This document shows positions 38,961 through 51,370 of a stretch of DNA of 64,000 nucleotides, piece by piece. A program made the translations under genes and the position numbers. Within the stretch, counting starts at the first letter, position 1. Each line of letters opens with the position of its first letter. Below the pieces are notes generated by a model, which worked only from the letters and a program-made list of their open reading frames with translations, searched no databases and was not told the origin of the DNA. Origin of the DNA: Harriotta raleighana (lineage: Eukaryota); NCBI GenBank assembly GCA_050575255.1, contig JBNZDD010013638.1, positions 2,482,697 through 2,546,696 on the forward strand, in the 5' to 3' direction.

Positions 38961-39439
38961 GAGAAGTCGACAATGGTTGACATTTGTTAGAGAACAAAAT
39001 GCTTGTTGTGGTCATTTAGATGTCCTCCTAATGTGAAACGCTCTATTAAACATGAAAATATGTTGTATATGTGCTAATTCTCAAATACAGTAGAGAGCCA
39101 ATCATTCAATTCATTGGGACGTGCCCTGTTGTGGATAAGGAAACAATGTGGTTAATTGGTCATCACACAATTAACACACAATTAAAGAGGGTTTTGAGGC
39201 AGGACTTGAAAGAAACCTCTTTGCTAACCGCAAAACTTCTTCCATGAGGAATTATATTGTAATTATGACACTACTTGGTGCCATCCTCTCTCTGACCCTG
39301 TCGTACCTTTTATTTATCTCTCTAAGGATTGTTCTCTTTCTATCTCCCTGTTTAACCATACAGAGATACTGCTAAATAGGCAGCTACCTATGTGTCACTG
39401 ACAAAATATTTTGCGCGTATGTACATGTGGTTATAATAA

Positions 39440-39968
39440 TAATAATTCTTGCATTTGATGTAGCACCTTTCATATTAGGAGAACATCTCAAAGTACTTCA
39501 AAGGCACACTGCAAAGCTTAATTATTATGTTTTGTAGGCAAATACAACAGCCAGTTTTGTATTTAGATACGTTATGTCATTACGTCGCTGAGCCATCTCA
39601 AAGAACTTTAGAAGAATTACTGTAAAGTATATTTATAGGCTAATGTTGCAACCAGCAATGTTCCACAAAGAACTATGAAGTCAATTTATTTGGGGGGATT
39701 GGTGGCTGGGACACCAGAAGAAGCTTTCTTCTCTTTTCTATTAGTGTCATGGGATCTTTAATGACCACCTAAATAGGCAGACAAGACCTCGGTTTAACCT
39801 TTCATCCAAAGCACAGCACCTGCAAAAATGCAGCACACCTCAACATTGCAATGGCAGAATGAGTCATGCAGCCTAGCCTATATGAGTTCAAAGTCTCAAA
39901 TGTGGGGATTGATATTATAACTCTCTGATTCAGAAGATGAGAATGCTATCACCTGAGCCAAGCTGACA
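39440..39968 (-). mobile_element. Deu-type SINE (with an extra tail fragment)
   Basis: tagtgtcatgggatctttaatgaccacct...ctctgattcagaagatgagaatgctatcacctgagccaagctgac is the reversed core and head. Confidence 0.72.
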
Positions 39969-42939
39969 TAGACCCCAGTAACCTTATTCAATACTTGCAA
40001 CTGGATTGTTTTGCTGGTATCTTGAGAACTCAGTGCCACATTCAACGGACATATGGATAGTTGGTGTGCAGATATATGGCATTTTCCTTGACTCTATTTT
40101 AAAATCTGCTTACTAAAGTATCTGTGGGGCTCTATACTTCAGCTATTACCTCGCTCCATACTTCACAGTTCTATGCTTCAAAACACAGCGCTGCCAAGTG
40201 GCACAACACGGCTTTCTGTTACCTAGGAAACAGTATTTCCCAGCTGAGTTTGGTTTGTAGGCACAGTAAAACATTACTAATTTATGAGGAATTGCTCATA
40301 CAAAATGTATTTCTGAGATGAATAAATGTTTTAAATAACGATGCTGTCTTGGCTCACCAGTTTAAAACTATGTGGTTGAAAATCTGTTGAGTTTAAGGAG
40401 ATGCCAGCCTATATTGAGAAGTAGTTTAAGGTCTGTCAACCTGTTTTTTTGTGTTTTGCATTACTCAGTATTGTAATATTTTAAAGACAGCAATGGAGGG
40501 AAATATGTTTCTGGTTGCGTAATACATGCATCCAGCTCAAACAGACAGAATGTTGAAGAGAAGTGGAATAAAACTATAGAAGAATCTTGCAGAGCAAATC
40601 TAGATTTTTTTTTGGTAAAGGTTGTATGTTCAACTTTTGGTCATTGTTAAACAAAATGTTGACTTGCAGAAGTTTAGTTAATAGTCCTGAACTTAATGCC
40701 CCACGCAATAAAATTTTCCAACAAAAATAGCCACTGCAGATTACAATCTATCCTGTGAATCCGTTTGATACATCGTTCAGAGGTCAATGTCATTGAATCA
40801 AATGTAAAGATTACTTCTTGAATTGGTTGGACATGGTGGTGGGTGGCCTGAAGTGCAGAATTAATGTTCAGCACAGCCCAAGGGAAGTGGGAATTGATGG
40901 GAAGATACAACAGCATCAGTCCCAATTGTTTACTCTTATTGGTATGTCAGGGTCGCAGTGGACATCACCTTTAGCCTGGACACTGTGCTGAAGGACCACG
41001 CTGGAGGACTGTGCACACAGGTCCTACATGCCACAAACTTGACCTGTATTGGGACCTTGCTGTCCTTGAAGAGGGATTAGATTTTTTTTTTACACACATA
41101 TAATTTTTTTTAACATAAATTATTCCTGTGGGATCTAAAAATCAACAGCATATGTAACATAAATTATTTCAACTTAAACGTGAATTATTCCAATGGGATA
41201 TAAAAATTTACTGGAAAATAAGTGACTCTAGGTCTCCCAGTACCGTGCCTCAAATATCAACCACTTTTTCTCCATTGAAACCCTGGTGAGTCATGTTAAG
41301 TGCACAAGACTTCAGCTTGGGCCTGATATATCTCATCTGAGCTGAAGTCTTGCGAGTCTCGCATGAGGTTTCAATGGAGAGCATGTTGTTTGCAGCCTTT
41401 TCCACAAGTTGCATCATTCTTCACTAGAATTATCAAAACATGCAAATCCATTGTGATCATTTTTGAAGATCAGCAATAGTAAGGTCAACGGTCACTTGGG
41501 ATGTGTTCCAGTAAGTTTTAATTGTAGCAAATTTGTTGACCAGCCATTTATTGGCTTCTCAATGATTGCAGTAAACCAGCACCAATACTTGAAATACTTC
41601 ACTCCACATTTTGCTCCTTAATTTCTGTCCCAAAATAAAAAGGTAATTATAATAATAAGAGAAATCCTTGCTATTGACGTAGTCCTTTTTATGTCGGGGG
41701 ATGTGTCAAAGTACTTCATAGATTTACTGTGAACTGTTGTGACTGCGTATTTTGTCAAATGCCTACAGTCACTTGGTTCTCAGATTGTTGGTAAATTTAC
41801 TATCCTTGGTGATTGAAGCATACACCTAACTTTTGAACGAAGGAGATTATAGCCCCACCCCCACCATGGTTTCTGTATAAATGAATGGTAAGTGGGTCTG
41901 GCTTTAAACTAGTGCAGCTGTGAGCTACCTAATGCTTAAAATGTTTTCAAAAAGGCTCTTTAAAAGCTGGCTCTGATCAGACAATGTAAGAGGCTTGGCA
42001 AATAGGTTGAGATATGAAGGCCAGAGTAGTTTCACTGCATACTGAAGTACAGTGGGAAGTCTTGACGTGGAATTTTTATGTGCTATTTAGCTAAAAATGC
42101 ACACTAACTACCGTAGTATTATGGCTTCAATGTGCTAAATCTGCAGTCCATTGAATTGTAAAGTGTTTATAAAAAGACCAACAGTTAATCGTCGGTTAAA
42201 ATTTTGCATACTTTGGTGCGAAATGATAATGACTTATNGACCAACAGTTAATCGTCGGTTAAAATTTTGCATACTTTGGTGCGAAATGTAATGAACTTAT
42301 TTGAAATAACATACTTGGGAACTAATTATTTTGAACTTGAGGTATTCATATTTGCAAGTAGCAGTCGTAGTTAATTTGTGAAAATCTCCTTCTAACTCTA
42401 GGCGGTGCTTATAAAATGAATTTCTTTCAAAAACTGACACTTAATAAGTCATTATCCACTTATTGATAATACAATATTTGTTCTTTACTGTTTATGTGTG
42501 CAGTAGATGAGGAATGAATAAGCAAACAAGTTTGACTTTTCATGTGTATTGAAGTTGCACCAATATCTAGTGCATCAAGGCTAAAATGGGCTGTGGTTCA
42601 GTTCAGACCATGGGAATGTTATCAGTAAGAAGCAGACAACAGCAACAACTTCGATTTATAAAGCCCCCTCCACCCTGGATGGCGTCCCAGACCTAACAAT
42701 AGAGGTATAAGTCAATACAATTGTGAAGTTTTGCTCAACTATCTTTAGGAGTGAAGAAGAAAAGTTGCACAGCATTCCGTCAAGGCATTTTTCAATCTGT
42801 AATAGAGCATTTTGAATGCGCTTTATGGAAGGTGCAGAATTGTTAGACAGAAAGGTTTGATTCATATAAACATGGAGGAAACGTAGTTGGTACAGTAATT
42901 GACAATAGGAAATGTACTTTCATCCAAAATCCAGGCCTC

Positions 42940-43616
42940 TAAAACTCTCATTCATGCATTCATAAATTACAGGCTCAAATTATTATTTATTATTATTATA
43001 TGCAAACTCCTTGTTTGTCGGCCTCCCTAACTCCTCCCTCCACAGGCTTCAGATCGAACTCTGCTGCCCATGTCCTCTCTTGCACTAGGTTCCATGACCA
43101 TATCATACCCACTCTCACTCAATTCCACTGGCTTCCCATCACACAGAGGATTCAGTTCATGATCCTGGTCCTCACCTTCAAAGCCCTCCATGGCCTTGTT
43201 TCCTCCATCTCTGTGACCTCCTAACCCCCAACCAACCTACATGCTCCCTCCACTCAATGGGTTCCAGCCTGCTTCATGCACCCTGCCTATCCCCGGCCTC
43301 TCCATTGGTGGGTGGGCCTTCAGCCAATGTGCTACCACCTCCCTCCGCTTAGCAGGCCTGTTTCACGTCCTCCATCTCAGCCACTCTGCCCTCACCCTCT
43401 GGAACTCCATCCCACAATCCTTCCACTTCACTGCCTTCCATCTCCTCCTTCAAGACCCTCCTCTTCGATCATACTTTTGACCTTACTCCATCTCCCTGCC
43501 CTCCACCCTCCCCAATGCCTACCACCAGCTTGGGTCCAAAATACCGTCTGTCCAGCCCTTGGGATGCCCTCCCTACATGAAAGGCGCTGTACAAATGTAA
43601 TTGCGTTGTTGTTGTA
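42940..43616 (+). mobile_element. L2 LINE 3' fragment
   Basis: [47 protein letters not shown]; ends aaggcgctgtacaaatgtaattgcgttgttgttg. Confidence 0.88.
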
Positions 43617-44142
43617 ATTTTCTTCACTCAGAGGGTAATCAATAACTGGAACAGGTCGTCAGGAAAAATGGTAGAAGCTAGAAAACACTTAATTTATTTA
43701 AAATGCTATGATGAAGGGCATTAAGCTGGATGTTTGTGTATTCTGGAATGATGAGATTGGATGGACGGAAGAGTTTTCTTCATCCAAACTAACCCTGTGA
43801 AGCAAACACACAATTTTCATCCATTTGAAAATCTGCCTCATTCTTTGGGGATCACCAGTAGGTGGTGCACATATAATCTTAAATAAGGTTTACATTGTTT
43901 GTTTTACCTATTTGCAACATTGTCACAGCTACAATGAAAACATCAAGAATAAATACATAATCAATTTTGCTGTTAAACTGCCTAGAAATCCATTTAATAT
44001 GAATTTAGTACACTGATCTGAAGGAAAAGACAGTTTCATCTTTGTATCACTGTAATAAATACTTTGAATTATATCAGCTGTGTTAATTTTGACTGAATGT
44101 TTTATCTACCAATAAAATCAATCTTTTGTTCTTCACATTCAG

Positions 44143-44283
44143 TATGGGAATGAATCATGACAATGATCATCCACCCTGTGCAAATGGCCTGCACATCATG
44201 TCTGGGGAGTGGATTAAAGGACAGAACCTGGGAGACGTATCGTGGTCCCGGTGCAGCAGAGATGACCTTGAACGATTTCTCAG
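44143..44283 (+). CDS. ADAMTS19: ADAMTS19-like coding exon (third zinc His and Met-turn)
   Basis: ttcacattcag acceptor and gtattt donor; 141 nt, phase 2 to 2. AA+T completes Asn, then [46 protein letters not shown](R). With the previous exon it forms HEMGHNMGMNHD (HExxHxxGxxHD). Confidence 0.93.
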
Positions 44284-46074
44284 GTATTTAAGTACTGAAT
44301 TATCCATTGGCACTAAGATCAGGGTGGAAATAGATCTTGCGTTTCAGTATTTAGTATCTCTGGCTTCCAACCTTGAACGGTTCACAAAGGAAGTGACATC
44401 AGCGGCATATAAACGCCAGAGCGATATCAGTGCAACTTGACATCTGTTTTTTTTTATGCTTTGTTCAATGAAAGGGATTCTGAGCAAATGGACCTAAACC
44501 ACTGTATCATAATGGTGTTGTTCTGTATGTGCTGGTGCATTAATCATGTTAGGTTAAGGATCTATTCACCAAGGTCAGACCCCATTTCACCTCATCATAA
44601 AGGAAAACACCCTATAGGTATTGAGGTCTAACAGCATCACTGAATCTGATATTCTAGTGGTCAAGCTCATCAATGATACTAAATCATATACAATATGTGG
44701 TGGCCATGGGGTTTATTTGCAGCATGATAACATAGTTATTTTGAGAATAACTTTTCAAATTGGACTTACTCTTATTATAAACACCACCTTTCAGTGATGC
44801 CCGAACCAAACCCATGCTCAAAAGGGGCCCATTCAGTGGCTACATGGAAAATCTAGAAATTTTACAAGCACCCCATGATTAAGTACTCTGAGATACAAAC
44901 CTGTGTGACGAATGCTATAAAAAATACTGTTCCCCTTAATCTGTGCCCCTATTTTATCTCACTATCTTGAGCCCTTCTAGGGAGCCAATCTACTTTTGGG
45001 CTCTTTACTTATAAATGGAGCCCATGAAAATGGGAGCTTACAATTCTCTTTGGCGGCAGGCAACCACCCCCACACATCCATCTATCTACCTACCTAACCT
45101 GATGCAGAAAATGTCGCAGTGTAATTGCTTTTAACATACGTTTAATGAGTAGTAACTGAACTGAGGTACAAGTTAAGAGAGTTTGTCCTGTCCAATCTTT
45201 GTCTCATGAGGGAGGAACAATGATTTTAAAATTGGTTTGGTCTTACACTCTTGTAACTAATTTCCAGGAAATTCACATTCAAGGTAGTATTTCTCGCAGG
45301 TTGAATTGTTAATCAGTGATAATAAAATATAAGTCTTTCTTAGTTGTATGGCTGAATACTAAGAACTAAGTTCAGACTGCCCTCATTTGTTCTGCCTGTT
45401 TATAGCCTGACTCAGTGCAAGAATGTCATTAATGTGACACTAAATTGGCAAGTTCAGTTAGAGGCCTTAGGATGGCTGAAATAGGAAATGGAAATGTTAC
45501 ACTGGTGAAGTAGATTCTTCTGAATGCAGGGCTGGGAAAGCAGAAAGAGACCTTCATTTTGCAAGCATTAAATCCATGCTGTAGCTGACCTGGGAGTCTA
45601 CTTCAGTGACGTCAGTGAATGATGCTGTCAGTGAATGGGGGAAAGTGCTTCATTCTGCACCACTAAATTGGCTTACCTTGATAAACACTAAATGGGAAAA
45701 TAATTGGTCAAATACAAAACTGGTCTGTGTCCAGTTTTCCAGATCATGGAAAATATGTATCGTCTTGTTGGCAATTAATAAGTCGGCAAGTATGAATTTG
45801 ATGTTTTGTCTATGCGTCTTGGAGAGATTTAGTCAAAATGACTTAATGCACAGGGTTCAGGGGTGCCTGTGCTATAATTATATGTTGTAAATTCTAATTT
45901 TTGTTGTTGTATAATCACTTTGTACCAGAATTGGAGAAAGTTTGGGCACTCATGGCATATAAAGCCTTAACTTCTCCATTGTCTCCCCTCCCTCATCCAC
46001 CTTAGTGGGACCTCACTCGCGAGTCCCACTACGTTTGAGTCATACAAAACCAACCACCTCCACTTCATCACATC

Positions 46075-46990
46075 AAATGCACTCCCCCTGCTTCTGCGGC
46101 ATACCCCAAAGCTACTTCCTTGGCACTCTTCTTTTCATCATCTATATGCTCACTCTTGACGAGGGTATCCACAGACATGGTGTAAACTTCCATATGTATG
46201 TGGATAGCACACACCAGCATTGACTCCAGGTATGCCAATGTTCTATCAGTTTATCTGGTAAATATCATGGCCTGCCTGAGTGCAAACTTCTTGCAGCTGA
46301 ATGCAAACAAGACGGAAGCCATACTTTTTGGCTACTGTCAACGTGTCCGATGGATCTGAACTCCTCAAGCAGACTGGGCTCTCCACCAGACTCACTGAGC
46401 CAGCATGCAATCTGACTGTCCGGTTCAACCCAGCTGTACTGCGTCCTCCAAATCTGGTCCCGGATCAGGATGGTCTTCCTCTGCCTCAGGCACATTGCCC
46501 ATATCTGACCATCCTTACCACAAATACTCCCAAAATCTGGACTACTCAAATGTACTCCTCGCCATGTTCCCCAGCTGCACTATTCAAAAATCAAGTTCAT
46601 TCAGAACTCTGCTGCACGAATACTGACACGGACCAAACTTTGTTCCCACATCTCACCAGTTCTGCCAATGCTCCACTGGCTCCCCAACACTAAAACGGTT
46701 TGACTTCAAGATCCTCACATTCATGTTTAAATCTATTCACACCTTGACACTTCCCTATCTCTCTGACCTCCTCACTCCCCAGTCCATCACACAGCATCTC
46801 TGCTCCAAAGGGCACTGGCCTCCTGCTTGACTCTTGCACCCACCGCTCTACCATTGGAGGTTGTACTATCAGCCACTACGTCCAGAAGCTTTGGAATACT
46901 CCACCTCAATCCCTCTGCCTTGCCCATTCTCTCCCCTTTTTCAAGTCCCTTCTGAAAACCTTCCTTTTCGACCGTGCTTACGATCTCCTC
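46075..46990 (+). mobile_element. Degraded L2 LINE (RT to 3' UTR)
   Basis: [36 protein letters not shown] and LHWLP motifs. Confidence 0.85.
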
Positions 46991-48949
46991 CAAAGCAACA
47001 GTATTTTGTGTGTCGTTTAATCTTTTCCAAAAACTCAATTATACTCCTTTGGCATTAGTGGGAGCAGTAACCAACAACATATGAAACACAATTAAGGAAG
47101 TACGAATTGTGATGGTTTCATCAGTGAGATATTTCTCAAGTCTATCCAATAAGAAAAGCAGTAGTGCCCAGCTGTGTTGACACACAGCTGGACTGAAATA
47201 CTTGTTGGATGTATTGAGGTTTTGTTTCTGTCTTTTGCTGTCTATTCAATGTATCGGCAACAAATCATGCTTTAAACTGGGAAAAAATTGTACATTAGCT
47301 GGAATCAAACATTGCCCAAAGAAAGGCAATCTCATGCAGAACGGTGTGAAATAATTTTTTTTAAAACTAAAATGTCTTGAGGAGAACTTATAAAGAAATA
47401 TTTTAGGATCAGGTTCCACATTCATCAACATGGTTAAAAACTCATGAAGGCACTCCTTGTTGGTTACTGATGGTTTCAACAACAACAACAACAACAACAC
47501 GCATTTATATAGCACCCATTATNGTTAAAAACTCATGAAGGCACTCCTTGTTGGTTACTGATGGTTTCAACAATAACAACAATAACAACAACAACACGCA
47601 TTTATATAGCACCCATTACACAGGGTTGCATCTCAGGAGCGCTTGCTTGTAGAGGAGACTGACGCCAAGCCGGGGGAGAAGACAGATGACCGGAGAGGAA
47701 GATCTTCAGAGATTTCCAATGCCCCTCAATCTCTCCACCTTGCCTTTTCTCTCCACACCTTCCTTTTTGATTGTGTTTACAGTCACCTCTCCCTCCCTCT
47801 TCCCCTTGGGCATTGTCGGAGTCTGCCACTGTGAAGTGCTCCAGCACTCTACACCACATGGAGGGCAACACATAAATGCAGGCTGTTGTTGTTATATTGT
47901 ATTTGACTGAAGGATATGGTGAAGAGTAAACAAAAGGGCTTAGGTGTGTAGTGTGTTGGAATGATCTGTGGTGGAATTGGCTCAATGGACCAAAGCCCTT
48001 CTCCTATTTCCTAAATTCTTATATAATCCTACATCAACTGAACACAAGAAACAAAGAACAATGAAAGGCCATGTGGCTGTGGTTATCTACATCTTGAGTT
48101 GATAATGTTGATGGTCATTTCACGCTTTCCACATGGAAGTAAAGCATCTTGATTCTTGTGTTGTCCTTTTTGAACATAATGCTACATCAAGCTAGCCTTT
48201 TATTTCCTAGCTCAAAATTGCTCTCTTTCAGTGTTTCAAGGATGCATCACAACATTTTAGTCTCAAGGAAAATAAAGTCCAGCTGATTCATTGCTGTGCA
48301 AGAAGTCAAGAAGCACCTGGATATAGAGACCACCGCCCCTCAAAAAGTGAACAAAATGGATCTTTTCATTGTTTGGCAACATTTTGCTTTTTACATGCAA
48401 AACAAATCATTTATTTAAAGTATTTCTCACCTTGTAACTGGTAGACCCCTTCCTTAGACTGGTGTGTCATATGTTGTTAGTCACTGCTACACACTAATGC
48501 CAAACAGCAGAATTGCTTCCATGGAAAATAGATGATACACTACTAAGTACTGTATTTTCTGAATTAGCAAAACAGTTCCCATAAGATCACACACAGTAAA
48601 TAACACAAAAAAGTTCGGACTCACACTATTCAGAATCTAGAATTTAGATTTCAGCTTATAAAATTATGATGTTCAGAAAAAAAACATTAAAATAATGGCT
48701 TGTTTCTCAAATCTTTTCCAAAATTCATAACCAATGTTCTGTAACTCTCAGGGAAGTTCTCAATAATTTGTAGGCAGCCTAAACAGGGAGTATAATAAAA
48801 ATAAAATTGATTACAACAACAACAAAATGACATTTGCATAGTGCTTTTCATGTCCCAAGGAGCTGGACAGTCAGTGTTTCCATCTGTGAGGCACTTTGAG
48901 ATGTGTTGAAGACGCGATAAGGCGCTATAGCAAATGCAAGGATCATTTA

Positions 48950-49844
48950 TCCTCTCCAAGGTCCTGGAACAAGGTGTTATCCCAGCTTCACTCCTTCTTG
49001 TCCCACTTCCTTCACAAACTCCTCCAATCAAGTTTCCATGCTACCAACAGCACAGAAAAAGCCGTGGTCAAAGTTACAAATGACATTATGTCCATCTGAA
49101 ACCAGGGCTCCCTCTGCCTCCTCATCCTCTTTGACCTCTATGCTGCCTTCAATGCCATTAACCAATCTATCCTAATCCACCACCTCTCCTCTCACCTTAA
49201 TATTCACTGCTCTGTCCTTGAATGGTTCAGATCCTACTTCTCATACCGCCTCCACTTCATCTCCACAAATGGCATCTCCTCTAGTCCCCACACCATCTTG
49301 TGCAGTGTTCCTCAGGGCTCTATCCTTGAAAACCTCCTCTTGGTGACATCATCCACAAATATGGGGTCAACTTCCACATGTATGCAGATGACACCCAACA
49401 CTTATCTCTCAGAATCCACCCTCACCTCCAGGACAACTTCTGCCCTGACAGAATGTCTGTCAGATATCAAATCTGAATGGGAGTTAAATTTCTTCATTTG
49501 AATGTCAGCAAGACTGAGGCCCTCTTGATTGGCTCTTTTCAACGCCTCCACACATCAGGCACTGACAGCATCACCATCCATGGATACACACTCCATGAGC
49601 CAGTCCGGCATCTTGACATCTTGTTTGACCCTCAACTTTCTACCCCACATCCGTGCCATGACCCAATCTGCCTTTCCCCAACTGAGCAACATTGCCTAGC
49701 TCCGCTATTGTCTCAAAACATCGAGGTTTGACAATGCAAACTGATTGCTTGTTGGCTTCCCCAACTCCTCCTATCATGGGCTGCAGATCATCCAGAATTC
49801 TGTAGCCCATGTCATCTGCCTCACTGGGCTCCGTGACCCTATCA
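48950..49844 (+). mobile_element. Older L2 LINE fragment, target of a nested L2 insertion
   Basis: STEKAVVKVTNDI, VPQGSIL, HMYADD and [12 protein letters not shown] motifs; continues briefly after 51371. Confidence 0.85.
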
Positions 49845-51370
49845 ACAACAACAACAACAACTTTGATTTATATAGTGCCCTCCACACTGGATGGCATCTC
49901 AGAGCGCTTCACAATAGTGGATCCGGGACCGAGGCAGGGGCAGAAAGGTGACCAAAAGCGTGGTCAAAGAGAAAGGTCTTCAGCTGTGACCTGAAACTGA
50001 CCTGAAACTGGGAAGAGAAGGGGCAGGGCGAAGGGAGTGAGGAAGGGAGTTCCAGAGCCTTGGGGTGAGGTGGCTGAAGGCACGGCCGCCGAGGGTGGGG
50101 CAGAGGATTCAGGGGACATGGAGGAGACCAGACCCAGGGGAGCAAAGGTGCTGGTTTTGGGGGGAGAGGAGATCAGAGATCTAGAGGGGTGCAGAGGAGT
50201 GGAGGGATTTGAAAACAAGGGTGAGGATTTTGAAGTCGATCCTCTCTGGGATAGGGAGCCAGTGAAGTCTGGTAAGGACTGGGGTAATGGGGGAGCGAAG
50301 CTTGGAGCGGATGAGTATGCGGGCAGCAGAGTTTTGGATTAGCTGGATTTTGTGGATTGTGGTGGAGGGGAGACCGGGGAGGAGGGCATTGCAATAGTCC
50401 AGCCGAGAGGTGACAAATGCATGGACAAAGTTTTCAGCGTCTTTTATAGTGAGGTATTGCCGGAGACGGGCGATCCGGACCAGATATGGGGGAGGAAGGA
50501 CAGTTAGGGGTCAAACCTGACGTCTAGGTTGCGCACAGGTTCGAAAAGTTTTAGGGGCAGGCCAGGAAGGTGGAGGAGGTGAGAGCCATGTGAATGGAGA
50601 CGTGATGAGAGCCAAGGAGTATGGCCTCCATCTTGTCGACATTCAGCTGCAAGAAATTTGTCATCCAGCCACTGATGTCTGAAAGGCAGGCTGACAGAAC
50701 GTCAGGGTACTGGGAGTCGCAAAGTGAAGAGGAGAAATAGAGCTGGGTGTCATCCGCGTACACGTGGAAGTGTGACCTATGTCTCCGGATGACATCCCCA
50801 AGACGGAGCGTATAGATGAGGAAAAGGAAGGGGCCAAGGATGGATCCCTGGGTATCCCACTGGGTAAGAGCAGGAGGAGAAACCGTTTGTGGAGATAGAT
50901 AGAACTGCTAGCAGTTGTGAGGTAGGACTCGAATCAGGCGAGTGCGGTCCCACTGAGGTGGATGACGGAGCATAGGCGGTGGAGGAGGATGGTGTGATCG
51001 AGTGCTGTCCAGGATGATCAGGAGGCAGAGGGAGCCCTGGTCGCAGATAGAGAGGACGTTGTTTCTGATTTTCACAAGCTCTGTCTCTGTACTGTGGGCA
51101 GAGCAGAAACCGGACTGGAAAGTTTTGAAGGGGGAGTGGGAGGAGAGGTGGGCGCGGTGTTGGTTTGCAACAATTCGTTCCAGTGCTTTTGAAAGGAAGG
51201 GCAGGTTAGAAATAGGGCATAGTGCCTGGGGTTTAAGGGATCCAGGGAAGCTTTATAAGGAGGTGGGTGATGACAGCAGTTTTGAGAGGGGCAGGGACTG
51301 ATCTGGTGAAGAGGGACTAATTGATGATATCAGCCAGCAGTGGGCAGAGGAGGGGGAGCTAGGTGAGCAG
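49845..51370 (-). mobile_element. Younger L2 LINE nested in the older L2
   Basis: YADDTQLY and LQLNVDKMEAILLG motifs; (CAA)n tail; ctatca duplicated at 49839-49844 and 51371-51376; similar to 24925-25925. Confidence 0.92.

Noticed and set aside
44284-44440. ORF continuation YLSTELSIG... after the exon
   Set aside because: This is read-through past the GT donor into the intron; ADAMTS similarity resumes at 59392.
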